A DNA stretch of 64,000 bases from Candidatus Thorarchaeota archaeon (lineage in GTDB: Archaea; Asgardarchaeota; Thorarchaeia; Thorarchaeales; Thorarchaeaceae). The notes beneath the pieces were generated by a model that saw only the letters and a list, made by a program, of their open reading frames with translations, made no database searches and was not told where the DNA came from. The DNA lies in the NCBI GenBank assembly GCA_020348985.1, contig CP070761.1, positions 1,732,591 through 1,796,590 on the forward strand, given 5' to 3'. Positions 46,891 to 56,976 of this stretch are shown here, piece after piece. Position numbers and translations under genes: made by a program. The stretch's first letter is position 1, and every line of letters begins with the position of its first letter.

Positions 46891-48363
46891 ATGGAGCAAG
46901 AGCAATCTCCGTCAGCTGAAACTGGCATTGTTTCAAGCACATACGCTCGAATCTTTGGGCTCGAGCAGCCGACTGAGAATGCAGTCCGTCTAGTGAAGAC
47001 CCTGTCAGTCTTGCTTCCCTCGTTTGCAGTATCATTTCAGATTTCTACGACGTTCTACATGCTCTTCATTGCGGAGACTCTCGGCGGTGGCGATTACGTA
47101 GTAGGCCTCACCATGGTTGGAATCCTTGTTGTGTTCCAAATGGCTGTCCAGACAGCACTTGACTATCCTACCGGAGCTTTGGGTGATTGGATTGGCCAAC
47201 GGTACGTGATTGCATCTGCTCTCTTCTGCTATGCAATAGCATTCTGGTTCACGTCCACGGTTACTCCTACGACTCCATTTCCAGTATTCTTGTTGATCTA
47301 TGGGTTGTTCGGTCTGGGTGCATCTCAAGAGAGTGGGGCGTTCAACGCATGGTTCGACAACAACTATCGCGTTGCGATGCCGCATGACGAGGACCGCAAG
47401 CAATACGGCGTCTTTTGGGGGCGAGTTGGAATGGTCTGGCAGGTGTCGGCTACTGTGGTACTAATCCCAGGGTCCTACCTTGCTCTTGTCTTCCAGAGGA
47501 CTTGGGTATTTCTTCTGCAGGCATTCCTTGCTGGTGGTCTCGCGATTGCAGTACTTGTTCTGGTGAGAGATCTTCCAGGTGCAAGACCGGAGCGCGGAGA
47601 GAGACCCTCACTTAGCGAGTACGGTTCTCTTCTCAAGGATGGGGTGAAGTTCCTTGGCTCGAGCCGCTTTGTGACTTTCATCATCTTCGGTGAGGTGATT
47701 TTGTGGAGCACGGGACCTGTATGGTGGAACATTTTGCTGTTCCCGTTGTATGCCTGGTACTTGATCTCAGACATCGCAATATCATCATTCAGAACAATGG
47801 TGTTTCTTCCTCAAGCGCTGGCCAATGAGAGAAGTGGAATCTGGTCTAGAAGATTCGAGCCCTCCGAATGGATTCCGCGATTTCGCTTTCTTCAGTTTGG
47901 AGGTTTCGTGTTCTACCTGCTTTTGGCCTCCATTACCTACATATTCCCACCAGCGGCAAGTACTGCTGCCACTATTCCGTTCATTGACTTCCCAGTGGAT
48001 TCTCTCATTCCGGTAGCGCTGATATTCGCAACATTCGTCGCAGTCGGTATATTTGGAGGTATGGCGCAGATTCTCACGCAACGAGTCATGATTGACGTCA
48101 TACCAAACAGAATCAGAAACAGCATGTACTCCCTTCAGCCTACTCTAGCAATGCTGGTAGCAATGCCGATTATGCTCTTCACAAGTTGGATTATTCCATT
48201 CACTGGCGGCTTTCCCCCAGCGATGGTTGTGCTGGCATTCATCACTCTGGGTGGTGCTCTCATGATTAGAAAGGCATTCACATATCCAATTGCCAAGGCG
48301 GAGGACATAGCACCTGCTACGCAAGAAGAGATACAAGAAGTAGAAGAGCTAGAAGTCACTTAG
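46891..48363 (+). CDS. MFS transporter
   Basis: DYPTGALGDWIGQR motif A, ~12 TM. Confidence 0.88.
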   Translation: MEQEQSPSAETGIVSSTYARIFGLEQPTENAVRLVKTLSVLLPSFAVSFQISTTFYMLFIAETLGGGDYVVGLTMVGILVVFQMAVQTALDYPTGALGDWIGQRYVIASALFCYAIAFWFTSTVTPTTPFPVFLLIYGLFGLGASQESGAFNAWFDNNYRVAMPHDEDRKQYGVFWGRVGMVWQVSATVVLIPGSYLALVFQRTWVFLLQAFLAGGLAIAVLVLVRDLPGARPERGERPSLSEYGSLLKDGVKFLGSSRFVTFIIFGEVILWSTGPVWWNILLFPLYAWYLISDIAISSFRTMVFLPQALANERSGIWSRRFEPSEWIPRFRFLQFGGFVFYLLLASITYIFPPAASTAATIPFIDFPVDSLIPVALIFATFVAVGIFGGMAQILTQRVMIDVIPNRIRNSMYSLQPTLAMLVAMPIMLFTSWIIPFTGGFPPAMVVLAFITLGGALMIRKAFTYPIAKAEDIAPATQEEIQEVEELEVT

Positions 48364-48413
48364 TCTTCTCAAGAAAGAGAGATGGGATAGAAGGCCAGAG
48401 GCCTCCACCCAGA

Positions 48414-49370
48414 TTATAGCCCAAAGGATTGCTTCAACACTTTGGGGTCCAATGCTCCAGCCTTGTAGGTCCTGCCCTTCACAATATCATTTATCGTGAC
48501 TTCAGCGGGACTGAACAGCAATGGATCCACCTTATAGAAGTCAAACTCCACAGACTTGAACAGGTCGTAGAATGGCTTCCCGTATTGCTCCGAAGCAGAT
48601 GATGGGACCTTCTTCACAAGTTCCTCAAGATCATCGTCATCATCTGGAGTGACGAAATAGAAAGTCCTACCTGCATACAGAATGCAATCATTCGTTATGC
48701 CCATGGCCCTGTTATCACTCTTGGCAACAGGTCCGATTGGCGCTACTCCATGTCCCGCTTTGATCTTGTCTGGATCGAATTTGATTTCATGCAGCTTATG
48801 GACGCCGACCTCAACGATACGCGCAGAAATCTGAACCGAGCCAGCAATACACGCAGTCGGAGCCAACACACAATAGAGTTCAGAGGCTGGGATGCCACAC
48901 TTCTCAGCAATGAAATCGGTGACATTCTCCGGAGGCGGATTTCTGGTCTCAAGTAGAATCACACCCACCTTGGCCTTGTCTTTGTAGTCTAGCTCTTCGT
49001 ACAGTTTCTTCTCAACAACTGCAAGAGCTCGGGCTGGGCCAGAACCCATTGCGAAGTACTTTTCGACGTTGATTACCCATCCAGCATACTGGGAGCCCAG
49101 CGTGGCAACTTTCGGATGGTCAGTACTGACTATGACTGCAGGAAACGACATATCGCCTACAAACATGTCACTTATCCTGACAGTTCCCAGTCCACCGAGG
49201 CATATCTCTCCCAGAAGCCTGCCTGCTTCAATGCCTCCGGCGACCTCGATTCCTGCATCAATCAGAGTCGCTCCATTGCCTTGCTCGGATACCGCGCAAT
49301 TCAGCTCCTCCTTCCTATCCATGATTTCCTTGACAATCTCCAGTCCTTTCTCGTTAACACTCAATGTCAT
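48414..49370 (-). CDS. mch: Methenyl-H4MPT cyclohydrolase
   Basis: SVN, CLGGLG, GSQYAGW, GSGPARA, VQISAR, DP.LFSPA. Confidence 0.95.
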   Translation of the reverse strand: MTLSVNEKGLEIVKEIMDRKEELNCAVSEQGNGATLIDAGIEVAGGIEAGRLLGEICLGGLGTVRISDMFVGDMSFPAVIVSTDHPKVATLGSQYAGWVINVEKYFAMGSGPARALAVVEKKLYEELDYKDKAKVGVILLETRNPPPENVTDFIAEKCGIPASELYCVLAPTACIAGSVQISARIVEVGVHKLHEIKFDPDKIKAGHGVAPIGPVAKSDNRAMGITNDCILYAGRTFYFVTPDDDDDLEELVKKVPSSASEQYGKPFYDLFKSVEFDFYKVDPLLFSPAEVTINDIVKGRTYKAGALDPKVLKQSFGL

Positions 49371-49383
49371 CCTTCAGTCTCCC

Positions 49384-50238
49384 TTAAAGCAGATGTTCAC
49401 TATTGACGGCTCGGACATAGATCTCTTCTTTCGGGTCTCCCTCCGCGAAGTCGCCCATGAACTTCGCCCACTTCTCCGAGATGTCTATGTCTTCAGTGAG
49501 AAAATCAGGTCTCCGGTTCTTCAAGTATCTCAGGTAGTAGTTGACAAACTCTCTTTCTGAGCTACCACTGAATTTGTACGTAGGTAACAGGGCATCGATC
49601 TTTCCAAGGCACAGGATCATTCCCTTGGTGGCTTCAACACCAACCCGTTCGTCAATGTTGCCGACCACAAGGATAGTACCCCCTTTCATACGAACACCAG
49701 CTAGCTCTCCGACATTGCCCTTAACAGCAATGAATCCTTTACGCATGTGTGCAGCCATCTCTCTTCCAGCATCACCTGCAACATACACACGACCGCCAGT
49801 CATACCATCTGGACTTCCACGATACCCGGCGCACAGATAATCACCTGCATCGCCCTCTATCTGGATATTACCACCCTGCATCTCTGCGGCCGCCCAAGCT
49901 CCCACAGATCCCTTCACATGGATACGACCAGCAATCATCTCTGCGCCAAGATACATTCCAGTGTTACCATCAACGGTGATTCTGCCGCCATTCATCCCTT
50001 TTCCAACCATCTTGACCTGTCGAAGGTCGCCGCTTACTGAAATCTCAGTTTCATCTGCAGTCGGGCCTGAATCGCCCTCGACACTGAAGAAGGAACCTAG
50101 CTCAACGGTTTGATTACCCTGCAGCACTGGCAGTTTCTTTATCTCAGCGACGCTTTTGCCTGCAAAATGAGATGGGGTTATGGAGTCTGCTTCAACCGGG
50201 ATGTCTGGTACTTGAGTCAGCTTCAGATAGACCGTCAT
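49384..50238 (-). CDS. fwdC: Formylmethanofuran dehydrogenase subunit C
   Basis: GXGXG beta-helix repeats, YRGS..GM.GG. Confidence 0.92.
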   Translation of the reverse strand: MTVYLKLTQVPDIPVEADSITPSHFAGKSVAEIKKLPVLQGNQTVELGSFFSVEGDSGPTADETEISVSGDLRQVKMVGKGMNGGRITVDGNTGMYLGAEMIAGRIHVKGSVGAWAAAEMQGGNIQIEGDAGDYLCAGYRGSPDGMTGGRVYVAGDAGREMAAHMRKGFIAVKGNVGELAGVRMKGGTILVVGNIDERVGVEATKGMILCLGKIDALLPTYKFSGSSEREFVNYYLRYLKNRRPDFLTEDIDISEKWAKFMGDFAEGDPKEEIYVRAVNSEHLL

Positions 50239-50389
50239 TGCTCAGACCATCCTGAGCTGGGTGGGCAGCTCACCCTCTGATAAATCCTGTGAAGAACTTC
50301 GAACGTTACTCTATCCTCTATCAGAAAATGGCAAGAAAGAAAAGGGCGCTCGCTGCCTACCGACCTCGCCAAACGTGGTGGTGTGCAGA

Positions 50390-51286
50390 ATGGAGATTAA
50401 TGGCGTACCTATCGAGGACACCTTTGCTGAAGCATTCTCAATGCATATGAACAGGACAATTATCACTGCCTATGATTTGGACTGGGCACGTACAACTGCT
50501 CTTGAGACGACTGGGTTCGGCACATCAGTCATAATGGCCCCGTCCGAGGCTGGCATTGAGTACATAATGAGTCCCGATCAGACTCCGGATGGACGTCCTG
50601 GAGTCAGAGTCATCTTCGCCACTGGAAAGAAGGACGCTTTGGAGACCCAACTTCTCGCTCGTCTTGGACAATGTGTTCTTACAAGTCCAACAGCCTCCGC
50701 GTTTGATGATACGCCCGACCCCAGCGGGAAGTTTGTCATCGGAAAGAAGATTTCCCTCTTCGGAGACGGTTATGAGATCAAGAAAGGACCTATAGACGGA
50801 AGAGTCCTCTGGCTGATTCCCAGGATGAGCGGAACATGTGTTCTTCAAAACGAATTTGGAAGGGTAAAAGGGGTTGCTGGCGGCAACATAATCTACTGCT
50901 GTGAGGACGTCGAAAGTGGAATGAACAGCGGGAAAGCCGCAGTCAGGGCAATCGAAGGGGTTGAAGGAGCGTACACACCGTTTCCTGGCGGACTTGTTGG
51001 CTCTGGTTCCAAACCCTCTTCAAAGTACAAGGTCCTGTTCGCATCAACAAACGAGAAGTTCTGTCCCACTCTACGAGCCATGGTTCCTGACACTGAGATT
51101 CCAAAGGGAAGTGAGTTCGTGCAGGAGATTGTAATCAACGGACTAACGGAAGAAGCTGTAGCTGAAGCTACTAAGGTCGCAATTGAGGAAGTCTGCAAGC
51201 ATCCAGGAATTACCAAGATGACAGCTGGGAACTATGGGGGAAAGCTAGGGAAGTACCAGATTAGACTCCATGACCTGTTCAAATAG
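50390..51286 (+). CDS. ftr: Formylmethanofuran:H4MPT formyltransferase
   Basis: IEDTFAEAF, TPDGRPG, R.GQCVLT.PT, AGNYGGKLG. Confidence 0.96.
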   Translation: MEINGVPIEDTFAEAFSMHMNRTIITAYDLDWARTTALETTGFGTSVIMAPSEAGIEYIMSPDQTPDGRPGVRVIFATGKKDALETQLLARLGQCVLTSPTASAFDDTPDPSGKFVIGKKISLFGDGYEIKKGPIDGRVLWLIPRMSGTCVLQNEFGRVKGVAGGNIIYCCEDVESGMNSGKAAVRAIEGVEGAYTPFPGGLVGSGSKPSSKYKVLFASTNEKFCPTLRAMVPDTEIPKGSEFVQEIVINGLTEEAVAEATKVAIEEVCKHPGITKMTAGNYGGKLGKYQIRLHDLFK

Positions 51287-51300
51287 ATAGACTCAGCACA

Positions 51301-51927
51301 CTAGCCCAGCTTCTTCAAGGTCCTATTCGCCTTCCTGGCAACTGATTTGATGTCACTATCAGCGTATGATTCGACAAAATCTCTTGCTTCTTCCACCAAT
51401 TCAGGATAATCTGCAAACGCCTCCATTGCTTCTACAATGAAGCCAACTCTGTTCCCGGGAAACCTGTTCGCGGAGGCAGTGAGCCTCTTAAATGCCGTTG
51501 GCGCAGTCTCCGGAAAGGCCTTTGAAATCTTGGTGAGTGCACGCACAGAATGCCCTTGAAGCACAATGCTCTTGTCGTCCAAGAAAAAAGAGATCTTGTC
51601 GACAAGTGATGGTATTGCCTTCTTCTTGTCAACCGGAGCAAGATTCCCAATGATACAGACGGCTTTCCATCGAAGCACTGGGGCCTTTGCATCAAGATTG
51701 GAAATGAACAATTCCAGATGTGGGTAGAGGATTTCAGGTGTGTCTTCTGATAGAAGAGATGCTAGCTCAGCGCAGCCACTTTGGACCTTTCGCTTTGATG
51801 AGTTGAGTCCCTCCACAATCGTTTCAAGGTATTCGGTTGGCTTCTTTGAAATGTAGAGATTATAGAGGTCCTTGGGCCTGGTCCCATCTTCCCACTTGCC
51901 ATCGAGTATCGATAGAATGTCCTTCAT
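51301..51927 (-). CDS. HEAT/ARM-repeat protein
   Basis: Repeated helical HEAT-like pattern. Confidence 0.7.
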   Translation of the reverse strand: MKDILSILDGKWEDGTRPKDLYNLYISKKPTEYLETIVEGLNSSKRKVQSGCAELASLLSEDTPEILYPHLELFISNLDAKAPVLRWKAVCIIGNLAPVDKKKAIPSLVDKISFFLDDKSIVLQGHSVRALTKISKAFPETAPTAFKRLTASANRFPGNRVGFIVEAMEAFADYPELVEEARDFVESYADSDIKSVARKANRTLKKLG

Positions 51928-52030
51928 GCTTTCATCCTACTGCTATCCGATAGACCTTGTTTCCTTCAGAAATCTTTATCACGATTTTGACCGCGGTCTG
52001 CTCTGCGGGTTTATGAGCTGTCCTACGGAA

Positions 52031-52139
52031 GCCCCAGTAGCTCAGACCGGTTAGATCGCCTCCTTGGTAAGGAGGAGGCCGCGGGACTCCACGGACTTCG
52101 GGCCGTGGAGCGCAAGTTCGAATCCCGCCTGGGGCTCCA
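52031..52139 (+). tRNA. tRNA-Thr(GGT) with 31-nt intron at 53/54 (52086-52116)
   Basis: GCCCCAG/CTGGGGC acceptor stem, CCTCC-TTGGTAA-GGAGG anticodon arm, intron hairpin CUCCACGG/CCGUGGAG, encoded CCA. Confidence 0.92.
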
Positions 52140-52161
52140 CTTCTTCTGCTAAGTGTAACGC

Positions 52162-52473
52162 CTAATCTGTCATCTTTTCTATCTTGAAGATGACCGGCCT
52201 TAGTCCGTCACCACAGGGAGAGTATGTAACTCCAGGTTCGGGCCATTCGCAGTCTCCGCCACAGTAATATATCATCAGAATAGTATACAAGTCCTGCCAC
52301 GCCTGTCCGCAGAAATCATCTGGTGGAGTCAGGTGGTTGTCTACGATAAACTCCTGCCCCTCCTCGAAACGGCAAGGCGGTATTCTTTCCCCCGTGTGCC
52401 GTTTGACTTCTTGACCGAGAATGTCCTCCGGGCTGAACTTCTTGACTACTGTCAGCTTCAGGTTTGTCTTCAT
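52162..52473 (-). CDS. TIGR04076-family protein (paralogue of 3882-4202)
   Basis: FEEGQEF, FCGQAW, CGDGLRPVIFKIE. Confidence 0.85.
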   Translation of the reverse strand: MKTNLKLTVVKKFSPEDILGQEVKRHTGERIPPCRFEEGQEFIVDNHLTPPDDFCGQAWQDLYTILMIYYCGGDCEWPEPGVTYSPCGDGLRPVIFKIEKMTD

Positions 52474-52567
52474 CAGAGTGCTACCTCACTGCAGGGGAGG
52501 ACATCATCCTTGGAGTATTAGGATTTGCCTTCCAACGCAACAATTGGTTCAGGCAAAGCCGCCTGTT

Positions 52568-52945
52568 TCAAACACTCTGATCACTAACTGAATCTTTGCG
52601 GTCTTGAATTAGAGTGCGAGTGTCAATGCTTACCTCTCTTCTGAGTCTCTCGTTTTCCCTTATCCCTTGAAATGCGCTTACGACCAAGTATATCCCCACT
52701 AGTGAAAGACCGATGATGCCGAATACTAAGGCCACAATGAAGGACATCACAGAAGCTGGGTCATAATAGTTCGAAGTTGCAATCAGTATAGTCAGAAGTG
52801 ACATAGGTATGGTCAGTATGCCGATACCTGTCCGCAATTCGGCGAAGTGCGTTCGTTTCTCTGCTTCTAATGTTCTGATTATGGCTAATGTTGTCCGGAT
52901 GTCTCCCTCTTCAACTTCGCTTTCCCTTTGCTCTGAGTCTTCCAC
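52568..52945 (-). CDS. DUF202-like membrane protein
   Basis: LA..RT..A..RT..A.LRTG followed by two TM. Confidence 0.75.
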   Translation of the reverse strand: MEDSEQRESEVEEGDIRTTLAIIRTLEAEKRTHFAELRTGIGILTIPMSLLTILIATSNYYDPASVMSFIVALVFGIIGLSLVGIYLVVSAFQGIRENERLRREVSIDTRTLIQDRKDSVSDQSV

Positions 52946-52950
52946 ATCAA

Positions 52951-53190
52951 TTACTCCTCTAACAGGTCATCATGCGCCAGGCGCTTCTGACGCCTTCTTC
53001 TCTGGGCAATGCGTCTTCTTGCCTCATCTGGGCCTACAAGTTCTGCGAGCCGCTCTAACAAACTCGGATCGTCCAGATTGTCAAGCCATTTCTCAATCAT
53101 CTTCTGATGAGCTGGAGAAAGATCCTTTGCAAGCTTCTTCTTTCGCTTCTTCTCATCCAACTCAAAATCATCAGGTCCTAGCAGACTCAA
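52951..53190 (-). CDS. Small charged hypothetical protein
   Basis: TTG start after GGAG; coupled to the downstream gene. Confidence 0.6.
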   Translation of the reverse strand: MSLLGPDDFELDEKKRKKKLAKDLSPAHQKMIEKWLDNLDDPSLLERLAELVGPDEARRRIAQRRRRQKRLAHDDLLEE

Positions 53191-53321
53191 GCTAACCACT
53201 CCTCTCACAATGAATATCTAGACAATCCGCTATATTACTTCGGAATTCACGGAACAAGGCAAGCTGTAAGGTCTACATCCGCTAGTCTTATATCGAAAAA
53301 CTAGGGGACTCGATGCAACAT

Positions 53322-53399
53322 GGGTCGGTGGTCTAGCTTGGCTATGATTCCTGGTTTGGGTCCAGGGGATCGTGAGTTCGAATCTCACCCGGCCCACCA
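53322..53399 (+). tRNA. tRNA-Pro(TGG), intronless
   Basis: Full cloverleaf with encoded CCA; TTATAT box upstream. Confidence 0.95.
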
Positions 53400-53461
53400 C
53401 TAGTTCTCACTTCGGCAATAGTCGTAATCCTTATCTCAAACAGAATTCGCCTTGTGGCGAC

Positions 53462-54181
53462 ATGTCTAACCCGTCATCAGTGCGAGAGAAGCTTGCACGG
53501 CGCATTGCTGGGGAGATTGCTCTCTCGGACCATCCTGGTCAAGCAATACGTAAATGGCGGGAGCGATTCAGACTCCCTCAGATTGAACTCGCAGATTACC
53601 TCGGGATTAGTCCAAGTGTGATAAGCGATTATGAGTCTGGACGACGGAAGTCCCCGGGAACATCTACGATCAAACGATTTGTAATGGCTTTGCTTGATTT
53701 GGACGAGCGCAGCGGAGGTCAGGTCATTGCAGCATTTGTACGCTTAATGGATGTCAGCCCAATAGACCTTAACATAGTTCTAGCTATTGATGACTTTGCG
53801 GCACCTTTGACAATCAATGACTTCTTCCGTAGGCTGAGGTGCACGACAAAGGCCGGGACAGAACTACTAGATAGAGAAATCTATGGATACTCGGTTGTTG
53901 ACTTGGAAAAATCCGTGAAGGAGCTAAGTAGCGAAGCATTCCTCAAGCTTTTCGGGGCTACCACAGAGCGGTGCCTAATCTTCACGAAGGTGAACACAGG
54001 CCGCGCACCAATGATTGCCATCAAGTCGCAGGAATTCAAACCATCGGCAATCATCCTGCATGGAATCAAGAAAGTTGACAAGTTGGCCTTGGAATTGGCC
54101 GACCAGATGAGAATACCTCTTGCAGTCACTGACATAAGATCAATCGAGGATTTAATCACAAGTCTGAGGAGTCTCGAATAG
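53462..54181 (+). CDS. HTH transcriptional regulator (COG1709-like)
   Basis: IAGEI.LS, SPSVISDYESGRRKSPG, TGR.PMIA. Confidence 0.88.
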   Translation: MSNPSSVREKLARRIAGEIALSDHPGQAIRKWRERFRLPQIELADYLGISPSVISDYESGRRKSPGTSTIKRFVMALLDLDERSGGQVIAAFVRLMDVSPIDLNIVLAIDDFAAPLTINDFFRRLRCTTKAGTELLDREIYGYSVVDLEKSVKELSSEAFLKLFGATTERCLIFTKVNTGRAPMIAIKSQEFKPSAIILHGIKKVDKLALELADQMRIPLAVTDIRSIEDLITSLRSLE

Positions 54182-54183
54182 GA

Positions 54184-55101
54184 TTAGCTGAAAATCAGGC
54201 TCAAGATTGCCATCCGGGTTACAACGCCATTGTACACCTGGTCGAAGTATCTGGCCTGAGGAGTGGCATCAACTTCTGCGTCGATCTCGTCAACGCGCGG
54301 AAGTGGATGCAGGATAATTGCATCGTTTCTCATCATTCCAACTTCGTGAAGAGTTATTCTGAACTCACCCTTGACTGCATCATACTCACGGATGTCGGGG
54401 AATCTTTCTTTCTGAATTCTAGTCATGTAGACTACATCAACGTCTCTTACTGCTTCTTCGATAGTATCTACTTCGACAACATCCAATCCTGACTTCTTCA
54501 TCTCATCAATTATAGCAGGTTTCATCCTTAATGCTTCGGGCGCTGCAAGTTTGATTTTCACATCATACTTGGAGAGTGCCATCCCAAGTGAATGTACAGT
54601 GCGCCCATACTTCAAGTCTCCACACAGAGAGATGGTCAGCCCATCTATTCTCCTCATCATCTTTCTAATTGAATACAGGTCAAGCAGAGCTTGAGTTGGA
54701 TGCTCTTCTGCGCCACTACCAGCGTTGATTACCGGAATCTTTGAGAACTCGGCAGCAACACGGGCAGAACCATCAAGAGGATGACGCATGACAATGACAT
54801 CTGCATAGCGCTCTACAGTTCGAATCGTGTCAGCCAGGGTCTCTCCTTTTCCTCCGGCGCTTGTCACACCGATGTCTGCAAAACCCAATACACTCCCCCC
54901 TAATCTGAGCATTGCACTCTCAAAGGATAGCCTCGTTCGGGTTGATGGCTCAAAGAAGAGTGTAGCCATGATCTTGCCGGAGAGTTCTTTACTCCTCTCA
55001 ACGGCAACAAGTTCCATTTTTGCAGATGTGTCAAGAATCACTTCGATGTCTTGACGACTCAAATCGTGAATGCTGATCAGATTTGGGAGTTCAAACATTT
55101 G
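54184..55101 (-). CDS. pyrB: Aspartate carbamoyltransferase catalytic subunit
   Basis: FFEPSTRTR, HPTQ, RIQKER, HPLP. Confidence 0.97.
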   Translation of the reverse strand, partial: QMFELPNLISIHDLSRQDIEVILDTSAKMELVAVERSKELSGKIMATLFFEPSTRTRLSFESAMLRLGGSVLGFADIGVTSAGGKGETLADTIRTVERYADVIVMRHPLDGSARVAAEFSKIPVINAGSGAEEHPTQALLDLYSIRKMMRRIDGLTISLCGDLKYGRTVHSLGMALSKYDVKIKLAAPEALRMKPAIIDEMKKSGLDVVEVDTIEEAVRDVDVVYMTRIQKERFPDIREYDAVKGEFRITLHEVGMMRNDAIILHPLPRVDEIDAEVDATPQARYFDQVYNGVVTRMAILSLIFS

Positions 55102-55179
55102 ATGCGACTCCTGCCTAACAAGACGCAGGGTGTCCACTTCTCTTTAGTCTTTCCCGAAATCAACGTAGACGCAAACCAA

Positions 55180-55662
55180 TTACAAGGAGTTGTTGGCGTT
55201 TCTCCCATACTTACGTGCTACTTCAACTGCCCTGAATACTATCCCAGCTAGTTCCAGAAGCTCCTCGGCAAGAGGGTCGTCATAATGCTCAGCGTAGATA
55301 ATCTCATCTATACCAGCGTTGATCATCATTTTTGCACAGATGCTACATGGCATGGTTGTCACATATGCTTTGGCGCCTTTCACTGAAACGCCATGAAATG
55401 CAGCCTGGATGATGGCATTCTGTTCTGCATGAAGCCCTCTACAAAGCTCATGCCGCTCTCCTGACTTAAGCCCCATCTCCTCTCGCATGCATCCTACTTC
55501 GTCACAATGAGGAAGTCCCTTTGGCGCTCCGTTGTATCCTGTGCTTAGAATCTGAGATTCTTTCACCAAGACTGCACCTACCTGATTCCTCAGGCAGGTT
55601 GAACGAGACGAAACCAAGTCTGCAATCTCGGCGAAATAGACATCCTTGCTCTTACGGACCAT
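55180..55662 (-). CDS. dCMP/cytidine deaminase family protein
   Basis: TGYNG, HAE, PCxxC. Confidence 0.92.
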   Translation of the reverse strand: MVRKSKDVYFAEIADLVSSRSTCLRNQVGAVLVKESQILSTGYNGAPKGLPHCDEVGCMREEMGLKSGERHELCRGLHAEQNAIIQAAFHGVSVKGAKAYVTTMPCSICAKMMINAGIDEIIYAEHYDDPLAEELLELAGIVFRAVEVARKYGRNANNSL

Positions 55663-55819
55663 TTCTTCATTGCCACTCCGTCAACAGAAGACCAGGGCCA
55701 TTGCCTCTCTTAAGAAGTTGGCTTTTTGACGAAGGGAAAACAGATGACAAAGGTAAAAAGAAGAGCGTCAACTCTTGCGCCGACAACTTGAGAACTAGAC
55801 ATGCTTGGAGTGACCTAAA

Positions 55820-56188
55820 CTGAGGAAACGTGACGGAATCATCGTCTGGCCTGCATATCTTGACTCAACTCTAACTCGTGCTGAGGGACGAAGGATTCCC
55901 TCCAATTTGGCCGCCCCCGAAGTTACAGTGGAGATACTAAGAGAGGCAGCAGAATCGATTTCCTTCGAATACGAATTGGAGCCGGACAAGCTCTATCCAC
56001 GGAGCAAACGAGACCGGGCAGGCAAAGGATACTTGCTCGTATCCAATCCTCAGGGACACAAGAAACAGAGACTCCTGCTTATGTTAGCCAAAGGGGTTCG
56101 ACGGGCAGTCGCCAAGCGTGAGTCTGCGAAGCAGGCAGCAGCCAAGAAGAAGGAAACCAAGAAGGGGAAGAAGGGAAAGAGGCGATAG
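55820..56188 (+). CDS. srp19: Signal recognition particle protein SRP19; CTG start
   Basis: IVWPAYLDS..TR.EGRRIP lies upstream of the listed TTG start; K.YPR motif. Confidence 0.92.
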   Translation: MRKRDGIIVWPAYLDSTLTRAEGRRIPSNLAAPEVTVEILREAAESISFEYELEPDKLYPRSKRDRAGKGYLLVSNPQGHKKQRLLLMLAKGVRRAVAKRESAKQAAAKKKETKKGKKGKRR

Positions 56189-56219
56189 TCCGCAGCCGCG
56201 GCTTTGGAGAGGAATCGCC

Positions 56220-56474
56220 ATGCGTCGACTCGGTAAGGTATTGCACATCTCAAAGCGCGGTGCTCTGATCCTTCGAACTGAGAAGACACCTCCAATGGGG
56301 AAGGAAGCCATCGTAGTGGACAAGAAGGTCCAAAAAATCGGATGGATACAAGACGTGTTTGGTCCAGTGAAGAATCCCTATGTCTCAGTCAAGCCATATG
56401 ACAAGATGGCCGCCGAGAAGTTGTTAGGTCAAATTCTCTATCTCTATCGGCGAAAAAGCACACCGAAGAGATAA
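56220..56474 (+). CDS. gar1: H/ACA RNP subunit Gar1/Naf1
   Basis: LG.VLH, IG.I.DVFGPV.NPY. Confidence 0.92.
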   Translation: MRRLGKVLHISKRGALILRTEKTPPMGKEAIVVDKKVQKIGWIQDVFGPVKNPYVSVKPYDKMAAEKLLGQILYLYRRKSTPKR

Positions 56475-56613
56475 TCTATTTGTCAAAAGAGCTATGCAAC
56501 AATGCACAGATGTGTACATTAAGCTTCAGAAATGAGAAGCACCTAGCAGCGAATTTATTTGGGTTGTTGCGAGATGTTTTCCGGTATCATGTGTCTAGTC
56601 CAGGGTCATCTCG

Positions 56614-56961
56614 ATGAACGAAATTGCGGATCAGATTATTCTCGCACTTCGAACGGTCGGAGTAGCTGGTCTTAGAATCGACGAACTGGCCACCAAACTA
56701 GAGATGAAATCCCAAAAGATAGCAACAACAATCACAAGATTGACCTCTGAGGGTTTGATAATGCAGAAACAAGAATCTGAAGGTGAAAGGTACGTCCTGA
56801 GTGGTAATCTTCCAGATGACCTAGACAATACTGGTGTTGGTGACTTGAACGGGTGTCCCTGTTTTCACTGCTTGAGAATTGGCAAATGCGGTGTGCGTCA
56901 ACCTGACTCCCCAGTCCGATGTAGGGAACTAGAAGAATGGATGTTAACTGACTCATCCTAG
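56614..56961 (+). CDS. TFE beta / RPC34-like factor (winged helix + Fe-S)
   Basis: wHTH, then PCxxC-x5-C-x10-C..L..W; gar1/trm1 neighbourhood. Confidence 0.82.
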   Translation: MNEIADQIILALRTVGVAGLRIDELATKLEMKSQKIATTITRLTSEGLIMQKQESEGERYVLSGNLPDDLDNTGVGDLNGCPCFHCLRIGKCGVRQPDSPVRCRELEEWMLTDSS

Positions 56962-56976
56962 GCATCGCGTCTATTT

